Positions 18,284 to 27,784 of a stretch of DNA of 64,000 nucleotides are shown piece after piece. Position 1 is the first letter of the stretch. Each line of letters starts with the position of its first letter. The position numbers were made by a program, and so were the translations under genes. The stretch spans positions 104,656 through 168,655 of the forward strand of contig PLGF01000135.1 in assembly GCA_003138485.1 (NCBI GenBank), read 5' to 3'. The stretch comes from Verrucomicrobiales bacterium. GTDB lineage: Bacteria; Verrucomicrobiota; Verrucomicrobiia; Limisphaerales; Palsa-1400. The notes under the pieces are model-generated. The model saw nothing but the letters and a program-made list of their open reading frames with translations. It did no database searches and was not told the DNA's origin.

Positions 18284-21200
18284 ATGAGAATTCTGTTGGT
18301 CCGTTTTTTGCAACTTTCGGTGCTGCTCGGCTTCTCTGCCGCGGGCCAGACTCAGGTGGGCCAGAGGCAGTTGTTGTGTGCTCGCGTTCCGGCCGTTGTG
18401 GCTGGCCTCCAGCCCATTGGTGTTCTGCCGGATTCCACACGCCTGAATCTGGCTCTCGTCCTGCCGTTGCGCAATCAGGCAGCCTTGGCCAGCCTGCTGA
18501 AAGACCTTTACAACCCGGACAGCCCCAACTACCGGCACTATTTAAGCGCCTCGGAGTTTGCCGATCGATTCGGCCCAACCCGGCAGGACTATGACAAGCT
18601 CGCCGCTTTTGCCCAAGCCCATCATCTCGAAGTTAGGCGGACGCACTCAAATCGAACGTTGCTTGACGTGTCCGGCACGGCGGCGGATATTCGCGGCGCC
18701 TTTGGCGTGAAGTTCAAAGTCTATCCGCATCCGACGGAGAAGCGGAACTTCTACGCGCCGGACGGCGATCCATCCATCGATGCCGGTGTGCCGATGCTGG
18801 CAATCAAGGGTCTGGATGATTTCGTGCTGCCGCTTCCGGGCGGGCGGGCCAGGCCGCTGGGAGGAGCCGGCACCAGTGGCGCCTACCTGGGAAACGATTT
18901 CCGAACCGCATACCTGCCGGGCGTTTCGCTGACGGGCAGCGGGCAGCAAGTGGCATTGGTTGAGTTTGATGGTTATTATCCGAGCGACATCAGCAAGTAC
19001 CAGCAGCTAACCGGATTGCCCGCCATTACCCTGACCAATGTGTTGGTGGACGGCTATCCCGGGCTGCCCGACACAGACGCGGAAAAGATCGGGGAGGTTT
19101 CATTGGACATCGAAATGGTGAATGCAATGGCGCCTGGAGTTTCCCGGATCATCGTTTATGAAGAGGAGTATTTTTTTCCCACCGATGACATCCTGAACAG
19201 TATAGCGACCGACGATCTGGCCAGTCAGATCAGTTCGTCCTGGATTTATGAGATTGACGCCGCTTCAGACCAGATTCTCCAACAGTTTGCCGCACAGGGG
19301 CAGTCCTTCTTCAGCGCGTCCGGCGACGGTGGCGCTTATCCCCCGGGCCAAATCACCGAACCGATGGACAGCGCCTATTTGACGGCTGTCGGAGGCACCG
19401 CGTTATCGACGAACTCTTCCGGCGGGTGGCTGTCGGAGACGGTTTGGAGTGATCTTGCGAGAGGAATCCAACGGGCCAGTGGCGGAGGATACACGACCAA
19501 TTATTCCATTCCGAATTGGCAAACGAACGTGAGCATGACAGCCAACGGCGGCTCTCCTGCCTACAGAAACATACCGGACGTTGCGGGCGTCGCGGCCAAC
19601 GTCCTGGTGATTTACAACAATGGCCAAACGGGGGTTTTTGACGGCACCAGTTGCGCCGCTCCGCTGTGGGCGGGCTTCGCGGCGCTGGTCAATCAGCAGG
19701 CAGCCAAATACGGCAACGCTATCGGCTTCCTGAACCCGGCCCTTTACGCCATCGGAACCGCCGCAGGCTACGCGACGAACTTTCACGATGTCACCGTGGG
19801 AAACAACACCAACGCCATCAGCCCGACAGCCTACGTCGCGGTCGCCGGATATGATCTTTGCACGGGATGGGGCACGCCGAATGGAAGCAACCTGATCAAT
19901 GCCCTGGCGCCACCGGACACGCTGGTGATGCTGCCCATACCGGGCTTCAACGCGCGCGGCCTTGGGGGCGGCCCATTCGATGTGACGGCGGGGAGCTACT
20001 TATTGACAAATATAGGGTCAGCCTCGCTGGGTTGGTCTTTGGAAAGTGACGCGGTCTGGCTTTCCGCCTCGCCCGCCAGCGGGACGCTCGGCCCCGGCGC
20101 GACGGCCAGCGTGACGGTGAGTTTGAATGCCGACGCGTCGAATCTCGTTGTTGGAGATTATTCCGCGCACATGACGTTGACAAATCTGAGCAATGGACTG
20201 CTGCACCACAGGGCCTTCACCCTGCAAATTTCTGATCCGCTGGCGCCATCCCCGGCGTCTGGCATCGAGTTTGGCGGTCCGCCCAGCGGCCCGTTCAATG
20301 CGGCGGCGCAAACTTGCGCGTTAACCAACGCCGGCCAGATTTCAGTGATCTGGGGTGTTGCGACTAACCCGCCCTGGCTCAGTGTTTCACCGCCGTCCGG
20401 CGTTTTGGAGCCGTCGGGAGCGGTTCAAATCACTTGCAGCCTCAATTCCGCCGCCACCAATTTGTCGCCGGGAGCCTATTCCGCAGAAATTGTTTTCACG
20501 AACCGCACGTTCGGCGCGGTTGAATCTGTGCCCGTGCTTTTTCTGGTCGGCCAGTTGGTCCAGAACGGCGGGTTTGAAACCGGAGGTTTTACAGGTTGGA
20601 CGTTGACCGGGAACCCGGAGCAGACAATCATCGCCTCCGGTGATCCGACTATTGTCCACTCGGGAACCTACGGCGTGTCCCTTGAGGAGGCAGGAGACAT
20701 GGCTTATCTCAGCCAGGAGATTCCCACCGTTCCAGGGGTGTCGTATTCAGTTTCTCTCTGGCTGGATAGCCCGGACGGGCTGACGCCCAATGAGTTCTCG
20801 GTTTCCTGGGGAGCGGAGATGCTCTGTGACTACACGAACCTGCCCGCCATCGACTGGACCAACCTCCAGTTCATCGTTTTGGCCACGAACACGAACACCT
20901 TGTTGGCCATCGGTTCACGGGACAATCCCAGTTATCTGGGTCTGGACGACGTTAGTGTGACGGTCGCACCTCCGACCCTCGGAGGCATCACGCCTTCCGG
21001 GGGACCTGTTTCCGGGGGCACGACCGTGACCATCACCGGCTCTGGATTCCAAAGTCTTGCGGCGATTTCCTTCGGCTCAGTTCCGGCGTCGTCGGTGGCC
21101 TTCGATGGCACCACGAAACTTATGGCGGTCACGCCCGCCTCTTCGAGCGTCGGCCCTGTCAACATCGCCATCACCAACGCGGACGGCCAAACCGCAGTAT

Positions 21201-21919
21201 TGAGCAACAGCTTCGTGTTCGTCGGCACTCCCACAATAACTTGGACGAATCTGGCGGCTCTTTCTTACGGCAACGCCTTGGGCGCCGGACATCTCAACGC
21301 CTCCGCCAGCGTTCCCGGCGCTTTTTCCTACAACCCATTTGCCGGAACCATTTTGGACGCGGGCAGCAATCTGCTCTCGGTTGTCTTTACTCCCAACGAT
21401 TCGGTTGATTATTACAGCGTGACCGATTATGTCGGCTTGGTCGTGTCGCCCGCGCCATTGAGCGTCACGGCCAGCAATTTCACCCGGCCGTACGGCCTCG
21501 CCAACCCGGTGTTCACCGGCTTCATTGCCGGCTTGCAAAACGGGGACAATATCACCGCAAGCTACAGTTGCAGCGCCACCTCGGACAGCATCGCAGGAAG
21601 GTATTCGATCATACCGAACCTGTCGGACCCCGGCGGTCTGCTTCCGAATTACCAGGTTTCCATTTTCGATGGGACATTGACTGTTCTGCCGCCGGTGCCG
21701 CCGGTCTTCCAAGCCGCGGCCCTCTCCGCGGGCATGGTATCGATCACTTGGACGACGACGACCGGGGCGGCTTACCAGGTGCAATACAACTCGGATTTGA
21801 CGGACACCAACTGGACGAATCTCGGCAGCCTCATCACCGCCACCAACCCAGTGGCTGACGTGACTGACTCGCTCACTAACGTCCAGCGATTTTACCGCGT
21901 CATACAGGTGCCGCAATAA
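18284..21919 (+). CDS. multidomain secreted sedolisin (S53 peptidase) with pro-kumamolisin activation domain
   Basis: Pro-domain LYNPDSPNYRHYLSASEFADRFGP. S53 core EVSLDIEM..., SASGDGGAY, GTSCAAPLWAG (catalytic Ser). Then two Ig-like repeats, a CBM-like module, IPT/TIG (GGPVSGGTTVTITGSGF), an MBG-like module and the C-terminus ...RFYRVIQVPQ. Confidence 0.85.
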   Translation: MRILLVRFLQLSVLLGFSAAGQTQVGQRQLLCARVPAVVAGLQPIGVLPDSTRLNLALVLPLRNQAALASLLKDLYNPDSPNYRHYLSASEFADRFGPTRQDYDKLAAFAQAHHLEVRRTHSNRTLLDVSGTAADIRGAFGVKFKVYPHPTEKRNFYAPDGDPSIDAGVPMLAIKGLDDFVLPLPGGRARPLGGAGTSGAYLGNDFRTAYLPGVSLTGSGQQVALVEFDGYYPSDISKYQQLTGLPAITLTNVLVDGYPGLPDTDAEKIGEVSLDIEMVNAMAPGVSRIIVYEEEYFFPTDDILNSIATDDLASQISSSWIYEIDAASDQILQQFAAQGQSFFSASGDGGAYPPGQITEPMDSAYLTAVGGTALSTNSSGGWLSETVWSDLARGIQRASGGGYTTNYSIPNWQTNVSMTANGGSPAYRNIPDVAGVAANVLVIYNNGQTGVFDGTSCAAPLWAGFAALVNQQAAKYGNAIGFLNPALYAIGTAAGYATNFHDVTVGNNTNAISPTAYVAVAGYDLCTGWGTPNGSNLINALAPPDTLVMLPIPGFNARGLGGGPFDVTAGSYLLTNIGSASLGWSLESDAVWLSASPASGTLGPGATASVTVSLNADASNLVVGDYSAHMTLTNLSNGLLHHRAFTLQISDPLAPSPASGIEFGGPPSGPFNAAAQTCALTNAGQISVIWGVATNPPWLSVSPPSGVLEPSGAVQITCSLNSAATNLSPGAYSAEIVFTNRTFGAVESVPVLFLVGQLVQNGGFETGGFTGWTLTGNPEQTIIASGDPTIVHSGTYGVSLEEAGDMAYLSQEIPTVPGVSYSVSLWLDSPDGLTPNEFSVSWGAEMLCDYTNLPAIDWTNLQFIVLATNTNTLLAIGSRDNPSYLGLDDVSVTVAPPTLGGITPSGGPVSGGTTVTITGSGFQSLAAISFGSVPASSVAFDGTTKLMAVTPASSSVGPVNIAITNADGQTAVLSNSFVFVGTPTITWTNLAALSYGNALGAGHLNASASVPGAFSYNPFAGTILDAGSNLLSVVFTPNDSVDYYSVTDYVGLVVSPAPLSVTASNFTRPYGLANPVFTGFIAGLQNGDNITASYSCSATSDSIAGRYSIIPNLSDPGGLLPNYQVSIFDGTLTVLPPVPPVFQAAALSAGMVSITWTTTTGAAYQVQYNSDLTDTNWTNLGSLITATNPVADVTDSLTNVQRFYRVIQVPQ

Positions 21920-22388
21920 CCGGCGCCCATGTGTTGCGATAGCGCCGGACGGAGAAATCGGCGCAGTCAAAAACCTCCTCCGCCAGATCAAACCGGCTTT
22001 CGAACGGAGGAAAAAAAGCGTCCCCCTCCACGACCCGCTTGACAAGCGTCAAATAAAGGTCCGAGCATCGCGGAAGCGCTTGCGCGTAAACCTGCGCGCC
22101 CCCGCAGATGAAAACCTCGCGTCCCGCCAGGTCCGGCGGCAGGCGGTCCAGCTCCCCCAGGTCCGCAATCCGCCGGGCGCCTGGATGGGAAAAACCGCCG
22201 CGGCTCAGGACCAGCGTGACGCGTCCCGGCAGTGGTTTGCCGATGGACTCGAAAGTCTTGCGGCCCATGACGAGGATGTGGCCGGTGGTGATTCTCTTGA
22301 ACCACTTGAAATCCTCCGGCAAATGCCACGGAATCTTCCCCTCCCGTCCGATCACGCGGTTTAAGCTCATGGCGGCAATGGCTTTCAT
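21900..22388 (-). CDS. folA: dihydrofolate reductase
   Basis: AMSLNRVIGREGKIPWHLPEDFKWFKRITTGHILVMGRKTFESIG. Length 162 aa. Confidence 0.9.
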   Translation of the reverse strand: MKAIAAMSLNRVIGREGKIPWHLPEDFKWFKRITTGHILVMGRKTFESIGKPLPGRVTLVLSRGGFSHPGARRIADLGELDRLPPDLAGREVFICGGAQVYAQALPRCSDLYLTLVKRVVEGDAFFPPFESRFDLAEEVFDCADFSVRRYRNTWAPVIAAPV

Positions 22389-22397
22389 TTGCGCTTC

Positions 22398-23801
22398 TCA
22401 CACCTCAACTTCCAGCCCCGGCGCGGGTTGGATGATGCGGATGCGTGGGTGGCGCAGGCGGATTTGCTCCTCGAACCATTGGCGGGATGAGAGTTCCCCG
22501 TGCCCCAGCAAGACGGCCCGCGGATCGACTACGCCCACGAAATCCAGCAGCGCCTCCCGGCTCGCGTGTGCTGTCAAATCAAATTCATCCACCTCGCACA
22601 ACCGCGTCACCTCTCCCCCGCCCGGGCTGAACAGGAACGTGTCTCCAGGCTTGGACGCCTTGAGGCGCCCGCCGGGCGTATCGGGATCGGCGTAGCCGAC
22701 GAAGAAGATGGACTGCCGCTTGTCGCCGATCATGCGCAGGGCCAGGTCGTGAGCCGGGGTGCATTCGGTCAACATGCCGGCGGTGAGGACAAAGATGCGG
22801 CCGCCGGTCAGCTTCATGTTCTCGAGTTGTTCCTTCTCCAAGACAATCAATTGCAACTCCTCGGTCAGATTGAGCTGGGAGGGTCGCCCGGGAATGAGGT
22901 GGGCTTTCTGATCGTAAATTTCCGTGAAGACCCGGCCCAAACCGCCGACGTAGATGGGTTGGTGGGGAATTTGCCCGGCTCGCATCATCAGGACCAATTG
23001 GGCCAGCATCTCCTGGGTGCGGCCCAGCGCGAAGGCGGGTATCAAGACGCAGCCCCGGCGCGCCAGAGCGCGCTGGATGGATTGGGCCAGCCGGTCAATT
23101 TCCCCTTCCCGCGTGAAGCCCGGCACAGGAGCCCGGTTCCCGCGGGTCGTTTCCATGATCAAGACATCCGCGCGCACCTCGTCGAACCGCGCGGCTTTCA
23201 GGATGGTTTGATCGTGGAAACAGACGTCGCCGGTGTAAAAGAGGCTCTGGGACTTGCCGCGCACCAGCAACCCGGCCGAACCCAGGGCATGGCCGGCATC
23301 GAAGAATTCAACCGTCGGCGAGGGCAGGCCGGCGCGGGTTTTCTTGAAGCCGGCCCATTCGATTTCGCGGCGGTACTTGAAGCCCTGGAACTGCTCTTCA
23401 ATGTCCTCCACCTCGTCGTGGGAATACAGAGGGTAATCGCGAATGCCGTACTCTTCGCGCTGGCGGAGCATGACGTTGACGGAGTTGTGGAGGACGCGGC
23501 CGGCCAGGTAGCTGCTTAACTCGGTCATCAAGACGTGAGCCTCCCGGGAATAGCGCTTGGCCACCGGCAGCGAGCCAACGTGGTCGTGATGGCAGTGAGA
23601 GATGGCAATGGCGTCCAAGTCCTTGCCGTCCAAGTGGCTATAAAGGGGCAAGGCATCGCCGCCGTCCCGTTTGGGGTGCATGCCGGCGTCCATGAGGAGG
23701 CGGCCGTCGTCGATTTCGACAAGCCAGGCACTCGCGCCAATCTCGGCATCCGTGTTCAAGTTAGTGATACGCATGGTCAGAGAAGCTGGGACATTGGGCA
23801 A
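22398..23801 (-). CDS. MBL-fold beta-CASP ribonuclease (CPSF/RNase J-like)
   Basis: HCHHDHVGSLP (HxHxDH). The size and later D/H motifs are consistent with the beta-CASP subgroup. Confidence 0.8.
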   Translation of the reverse strand: MPNVPASLTMRITNLNTDAEIGASAWLVEIDDGRLLMDAGMHPKRDGGDALPLYSHLDGKDLDAIAISHCHHDHVGSLPVAKRYSREAHVLMTELSSYLAGRVLHNSVNVMLRQREEYGIRDYPLYSHDEVEDIEEQFQGFKYRREIEWAGFKKTRAGLPSPTVEFFDAGHALGSAGLLVRGKSQSLFYTGDVCFHDQTILKAARFDEVRADVLIMETTRGNRAPVPGFTREGEIDRLAQSIQRALARRGCVLIPAFALGRTQEMLAQLVLMMRAGQIPHQPIYVGGLGRVFTEIYDQKAHLIPGRPSQLNLTEELQLIVLEKEQLENMKLTGGRIFVLTAGMLTECTPAHDLALRMIGDKRQSIFFVGYADPDTPGGRLKASKPGDTFLFSPGGGEVTRLCEVDEFDLTAHASREALLDFVGVVDPRAVLLGHGELSSRQWFEEQIRLRHPRIRIIQPAPGLEVEV

Positions 23802-24091
23802 TTAGGGCACAGAACCGCTGTCTTTGCCCGAAAACTGGCCCTCCACACGAGAGAGTCAGGGTCTCGCAGTTGCTTCGAACCTCCCGAGCAATAAAATGCT
23901 CCTGCGGTAACGTCGGTGCCAACGTCGCTCCCGTCCCTGCAAGTCTGCAAAAAGATTCTGAAAAAATAATTGAACATTTGCGGCAAATGTGCGTCATTTA
24001 CTATAGCCTCACGGAAGAGGCTGGGTGGGTTTTTGGTTTTCCCATCCAGCTATGCTCCTGAGGTCAAGGGTTGGTTAGTTTGGTTGTTGGG

Positions 24092-24125
24092 GGGCGGACG
24101 CTGCAATGGCGTCCGCCCTTTTTTT
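24092..24125 (+). terminator. intrinsic terminator with no annotated upstream CDS
   Basis: 10-bp stem GGGCGGACGC/GCGTCCGCCC with a 7-nt loop and a T7 run. The U-tail exists only on the + strand. Confidence 0.8.
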
Positions 24126-24184
24126 GCTTCTGGCGTTTCCTTTCGTCGTGGCAGGGTTGATTTGTTCATTGTGTAATGCGCCGC

Positions 24185-25129
24185 TCAACGGTGCAGCAAC
24201 GCCCAGTAGCGCAATCCGCGCGTGCTGACGGCCAACTGGCTGAACCCCAACTGCTCCATGATCCCCTCGTAGATGGCCTCTCCCGTGAGAATCACGTCCC
24301 CGCGCTTGGGCGGCATCCCGACTATCTCCTGCCTCTCCTCCAGCGTCATTTGCCAGTGCTTTTCCACCTGTTCTCGGATGCCGTCCAGAGTCAGCGCCGT
24401 CGATTCGATTTTGTCACGGTCATAACCCGTCATGCCCGCCTGGAGGCGCGCCAGAATGACGGCCGTGCCGCCTGTGCCCACCAGTTGAACGGGCCGCCGG
24501 CAAGCCTGCAAGGCCGGCTTGAGCACCGGCGCCACATGTTCCTTTAAAAAATCCCGCAGCCACACGCGGCAAGCCAGCAGCGCCCGCAGCCCCGGCGGGT
24601 CCGCCGGTCGTAGTTGCTCCAGCAACCGCACCGCTCCCAGGGCGTAGCTGCCGCGAAACTGGGGCGCGGCATGGTCGCCCACGATGAACTCCGTGCTCCC
24701 TCCGCCCACATCGAGAATCAGCACGGGCGATTCCGCCAGATTCGGGCTGCTGGTCACTCCGCGAAAAACCCAGTCCGCCTCCTTGTCGCCGGAAAGTATC
24801 TCCATGTCCAGCCCGCAGCCGCTCCGGATCGCCTCGGCCAACTCCCCTACGTTGAGGGCGTCGCGGGCCGCGCTGGTGGCGATCAAACGCACCGCTGTGG
24901 CGCCCAACCCGCCTGCCGTCTTGGAAAACTCCTTCACCGCTTCGACCGTCAAATCCATGGCAGGCTGTTGCAACCGCCGCGTCCCGTACAATCCCGCTCC
25001 AAGCCGGGTCTGCTTGCTAGTTTCAAGAACCGGCGTTGGGGAACCGTCCGCGACATCCGCCACCAAGAGCTTTACGGAGTTGGTGCCGACATCGATCACG
25101 GCGCGACGCTCTGGAATGATGCGGTTCAA
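24185..25129 (-). CDS. Ppx/GppA-family phosphatase
   Basis: VIDVGTNSVKLLVADV, LDVGGGSTEF. ASKHA-fold Ppx/GppA pattern. Confidence 0.85.
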   Translation of the reverse strand: MNRIIPERRAVIDVGTNSVKLLVADVADGSPTPVLETSKQTRLGAGLYGTRRLQQPAMDLTVEAVKEFSKTAGGLGATAVRLIATSAARDALNVGELAEAIRSGCGLDMEILSGDKEADWVFRGVTSSPNLAESPVLILDVGGGSTEFIVGDHAAPQFRGSYALGAVRLLEQLRPADPPGLRALLACRVWLRDFLKEHVAPVLKPALQACRRPVQLVGTGGTAVILARLQAGMTGYDRDKIESTALTLDGIREQVEKHWQMTLEERQEIVGMPPKRGDVILTGEAIYEGIMEQLGFSQLAVSTRGLRYWALLHR

Positions 25130-25203
25130 AGGTGCCTTTGGCGGCGGCAGAACTTGTGCCTCCAGCGCCGGCGTGCCCGAATTGCGGTCATGGCGGTGGT
25201 TGG

Positions 25204-26190
25204 TTATTTTGCCGCTCGCCGCGCCAGGACGGCCGCGCCGATAATGCCGGCGTCGTCCCCTTCCTTGCTCGCCACGATTTGGATTCCCTTGGAAGTGCCG
25301 CTTAGGGCGTAATCCTGGGCTGTTTCGACGATGACGGCCATCATCTCATCGCCCAGGGCGTCGATCACTCCGCCGCCCAGCACGACGATTTCGGGATTGA
25401 AGATATTGATCAAGTTGGCGACGGCAATGCCGGTGTATTCGGCGGCATCTTCGATGACTTTCTCCACCAGCTTGTCGCCCTTGCGAAGCGCTTTGCGCAA
25501 ATCGCCGCTTCGCAAGTCGTTCAGGTCCGGCCCGAGCATCTCGGTCAGCACGGTTTTTTGGCCGTCCTTGACCGCCGCGTGCAGGCTGCGGAAGATGGCG
25601 GTCCGGCTGGCGACCGCCTCGAAACAGCCGCGGTTGCCGCAGTTGCATTTCGGGCCGCCCACGGCGATCACCATGTGGCCCACCTCCCCGGCCGTGCCGT
25701 TGAAACCCGAATACAACTTGCCGTCCAGGATGATGCCTCCGCCAACGCCCGTGCCGATGAAGACGCCTATCATGTGCCGGGGTTTGCATTGCAGTTCCTT
25801 TTCAAAAATCCCCAGCGTTGCGCTGTTGCAGTCGTTCTCCACGGCCACCGGCACGCCCCCCAACTGCTTCTCCAGCAATTTCTTCAGCGGCACGTCCTGC
25901 CATTGCAGGTTCGGGGCGATGATCACGCGGCCCGCTTCGGCATCGACCGCTCCGGGAGCGCCCAGGCCCACCCCGCGCACTTGTTTGAGGTCCAAATCAA
26001 ATTCATCCACCGCGTCCCGCACGCAGCGGGCAATCCGCTCGATGACCTCCTCGGGGCCGCGCTCGGCTTTGGTGCTCATTTTCGTGCGCGCCAGGCAGTT
26101 GAGCTTGTCGTCGAAAACGCCGGCCAGGATCTTGGTGCCTCCCAGATCGACGCCGACGTAATGCTCAGTTTTGGCAGTGGGTTCAGCCAT
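25204..26190 (-). CDS. ROK-family sugar kinase (glucokinase-like)
   Basis: VGVDLGGTKI, GAPGAVD, and the zinc motif GHMVI...CNCGNRGCFE. Confidence 0.85.
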   Translation of the reverse strand: MAEPTAKTEHYVGVDLGGTKILAGVFDDKLNCLARTKMSTKAERGPEEVIERIARCVRDAVDEFDLDLKQVRGVGLGAPGAVDAEAGRVIIAPNLQWQDVPLKKLLEKQLGGVPVAVENDCNSATLGIFEKELQCKPRHMIGVFIGTGVGGGIILDGKLYSGFNGTAGEVGHMVIAVGGPKCNCGNRGCFEAVASRTAIFRSLHAAVKDGQKTVLTEMLGPDLNDLRSGDLRKALRKGDKLVEKVIEDAAEYTGIAVANLINIFNPEIVVLGGGVIDALGDEMMAVIVETAQDYALSGTSKGIQIVASKEGDDAGIIGAAVLARRAAK

Positions 26191-26219
26191 AAGGCAGGGT
26201 AAGGCGGAGGCGCCTCATG

Positions 26220-26969
26220 TTAGCCGGTCAGCACGCTTTCAATGCGCCGGCGCAGTTCAACGTTGAGTTCATCGGCGGAACAATGTCCATCCAATATGGT
26301 AAAGCCATAGCTGCGCTGCAACTCCTTGAACTTGGCCGCCACGAGCGCCTGGTATTGCAGGAAGCTGTCAAACATGTCTCGGGACAAACCCAAATCCATC
26401 CCGCTCTCCCAATAATCCAGCGCCTGCTTCTTGGCGAACGTTCGCTCGACCAATTCTTCGGGTCGCACGTTCAAATAAAACACCACGTCCGGCGCGAGCG
26501 CAATCCCATAAAGGTTCCTCAGCCACGCCGCGTCCATCCCCCGGACCATGTCCCGCACCATCAACGTGTAGATGTACCGGTCCGCCAGCACCATGAACCC
26601 CGCCCGCAACGCGGGTAGTATGATGTTCTCCATCTGGTCGGCAAAGTCTGTCGCGTAAAACAGGCTCAAGGTGGTGTGGCTGAGAATATTCCCCTGCTGC
26701 GCCTGGTCCAGCTCCTCGCTCACCAGCGTGGACCGCTTCAGCCCCACCTGCACCGTCGCGTGTCCGCTTCCTTCCAGCCATGCGACCAGCCGGGCGATCT
26801 GCGTCGAACGCCCCGATCCGTCGGCCCCCTCAATGACGATCAGTTTGCCCGCCAGTTTCGTCACGTCCACTCCCGGCACTCCCAGCCCGTAAAATCGCCG
26901 CGGCTTGGCGCGCGGCACGACGATTCCGGGGCGCGGTTTTCGCAAGGAAATGGGACGCTGGGGCTTCAT
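26220..26969 (-). CDS. thymidylate-kinase-like P-loop protein with a degenerate Walker A (GSGRST)
   Basis: IVIEGADGSGRSTQ, with Arg where the invariant Lys sits (codon 26808-26810). ADRYIYT motif. No canonical TMP-binding REPGG. Its start overlaps the upstream paralogue by 4 nt. Confidence 0.65.
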   Translation of the reverse strand: MKPQRPISLRKPRPGIVVPRAKPRRFYGLGVPGVDVTKLAGKLIVIEGADGSGRSTQIARLVAWLEGSGHATVQVGLKRSTLVSEELDQAQQGNILSHTTLSLFYATDFADQMENIILPALRAGFMVLADRYIYTLMVRDMVRGMDAAWLRNLYGIALAPDVVFYLNVRPEELVERTFAKKQALDYWESGMDLGLSRDMFDSFLQYQALVAAKFKELQRSYGFTILDGHCSADELNVELRRRIESVLTG

Positions 26970-27661
26970 GGTTTTTTTGAGTGCTTCAGCTTCATGTATT
27001 TATTCAGATCCAGCTTCGAGGCGATGAGGTCGCGCACGATATTCTGCTGCGCCTCAATGGGCTGGCTGGCGTCGATCACCAGAAACTTGAAGTCCGTGCT
27101 CATCGCCAGGTACTGCTCCAGAATCCGCCCCTGAAATATGCGGAAACTCTCGTACGGATCACTCGAGAGCCTCAAATCCATCCCCGCCTCGAAGTACTTC
27201 AACTGCGGCCTCCCGTCCAGGATGCGTTGCAGCGATGTCTCCAGCGGGGCCTTGAAAAAAAACACCAGATCGGGCATCGCCGCGAAATCATAGATGCCCC
27301 GCACCCACTCCGACGGGCAGCCCCGGACGGTGTCGCGCGCGAAGGCGGTGAAGATGTAGCGGTCGCAGAGCACGATGTATCCGCCGCGCAGCAGGGGCAC
27401 CAGTTGCCGTTCATAACGGTCGGCGAAATCGGTCGCGTGAATCAGGCTGAACGTGGTGGGCGAAAGAAGTTCGCGTTTCTTTCCCTTGCTCGTGGCGTTC
27501 TTGACCAGCTCCGAGGAATTCCATTCGCTGAAAAAAACCTTCAGCCCTTGCAGTTCCAGCCACCGTTTCAGCAGGTATATCTGTGTCGATTTTCCAGACC
27601 CGTCCAATCCCTCGACGGCGATCAGCCGTCCCGGAAATCCCAATTCTGCGAATGTCTTCAT
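26966..27661 (-). CDS. thymidylate-kinase-like P-loop kinase (canonical Walker A)
   Basis: IAVEGLDGSGKSTQ (Lys codon 27590-27592) and CDRYIFT. It shares the block Y(F/W)E(A/S)GMDL.LS.D..(E/D)SF with the downstream paralogue. Confidence 0.7.
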   Translation of the reverse strand: MKTFAELGFPGRLIAVEGLDGSGKSTQIYLLKRWLELQGLKVFFSEWNSSELVKNATSKGKKRELLSPTTFSLIHATDFADRYERQLVPLLRGGYIVLCDRYIFTAFARDTVRGCPSEWVRGIYDFAAMPDLVFFFKAPLETSLQRILDGRPQLKYFEAGMDLRLSSDPYESFRIFQGRILEQYLAMSTDFKFLVIDASQPIEAQQNIVRDLIASKLDLNKYMKLKHSKKP

Positions 27662-27784
27662 TGCCACTATTCCATTTACCCTCTCCGCCGCCGAAAGGAA
27701 AACAAAAAGTCCGGGCGGCAACAAAAAGTCCGAGCGAAAGACGTTGTCAGACGGTCAAATTCAGGCGAACATGAGCGCGGGTAA

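Noticed and set aside
23987-24061. A 24-codon ATG ORF (MCVIYYSLTEEAGWVFGFPIQLCS) considered as a peptide or RiPP precursor gene.
   Set aside because: There is no RBS, no neighbouring maturation or transport genes, and the stretch is equally well explained as part of a structured sRNA. It is kept only as an alternative reading in the sRNA finding.
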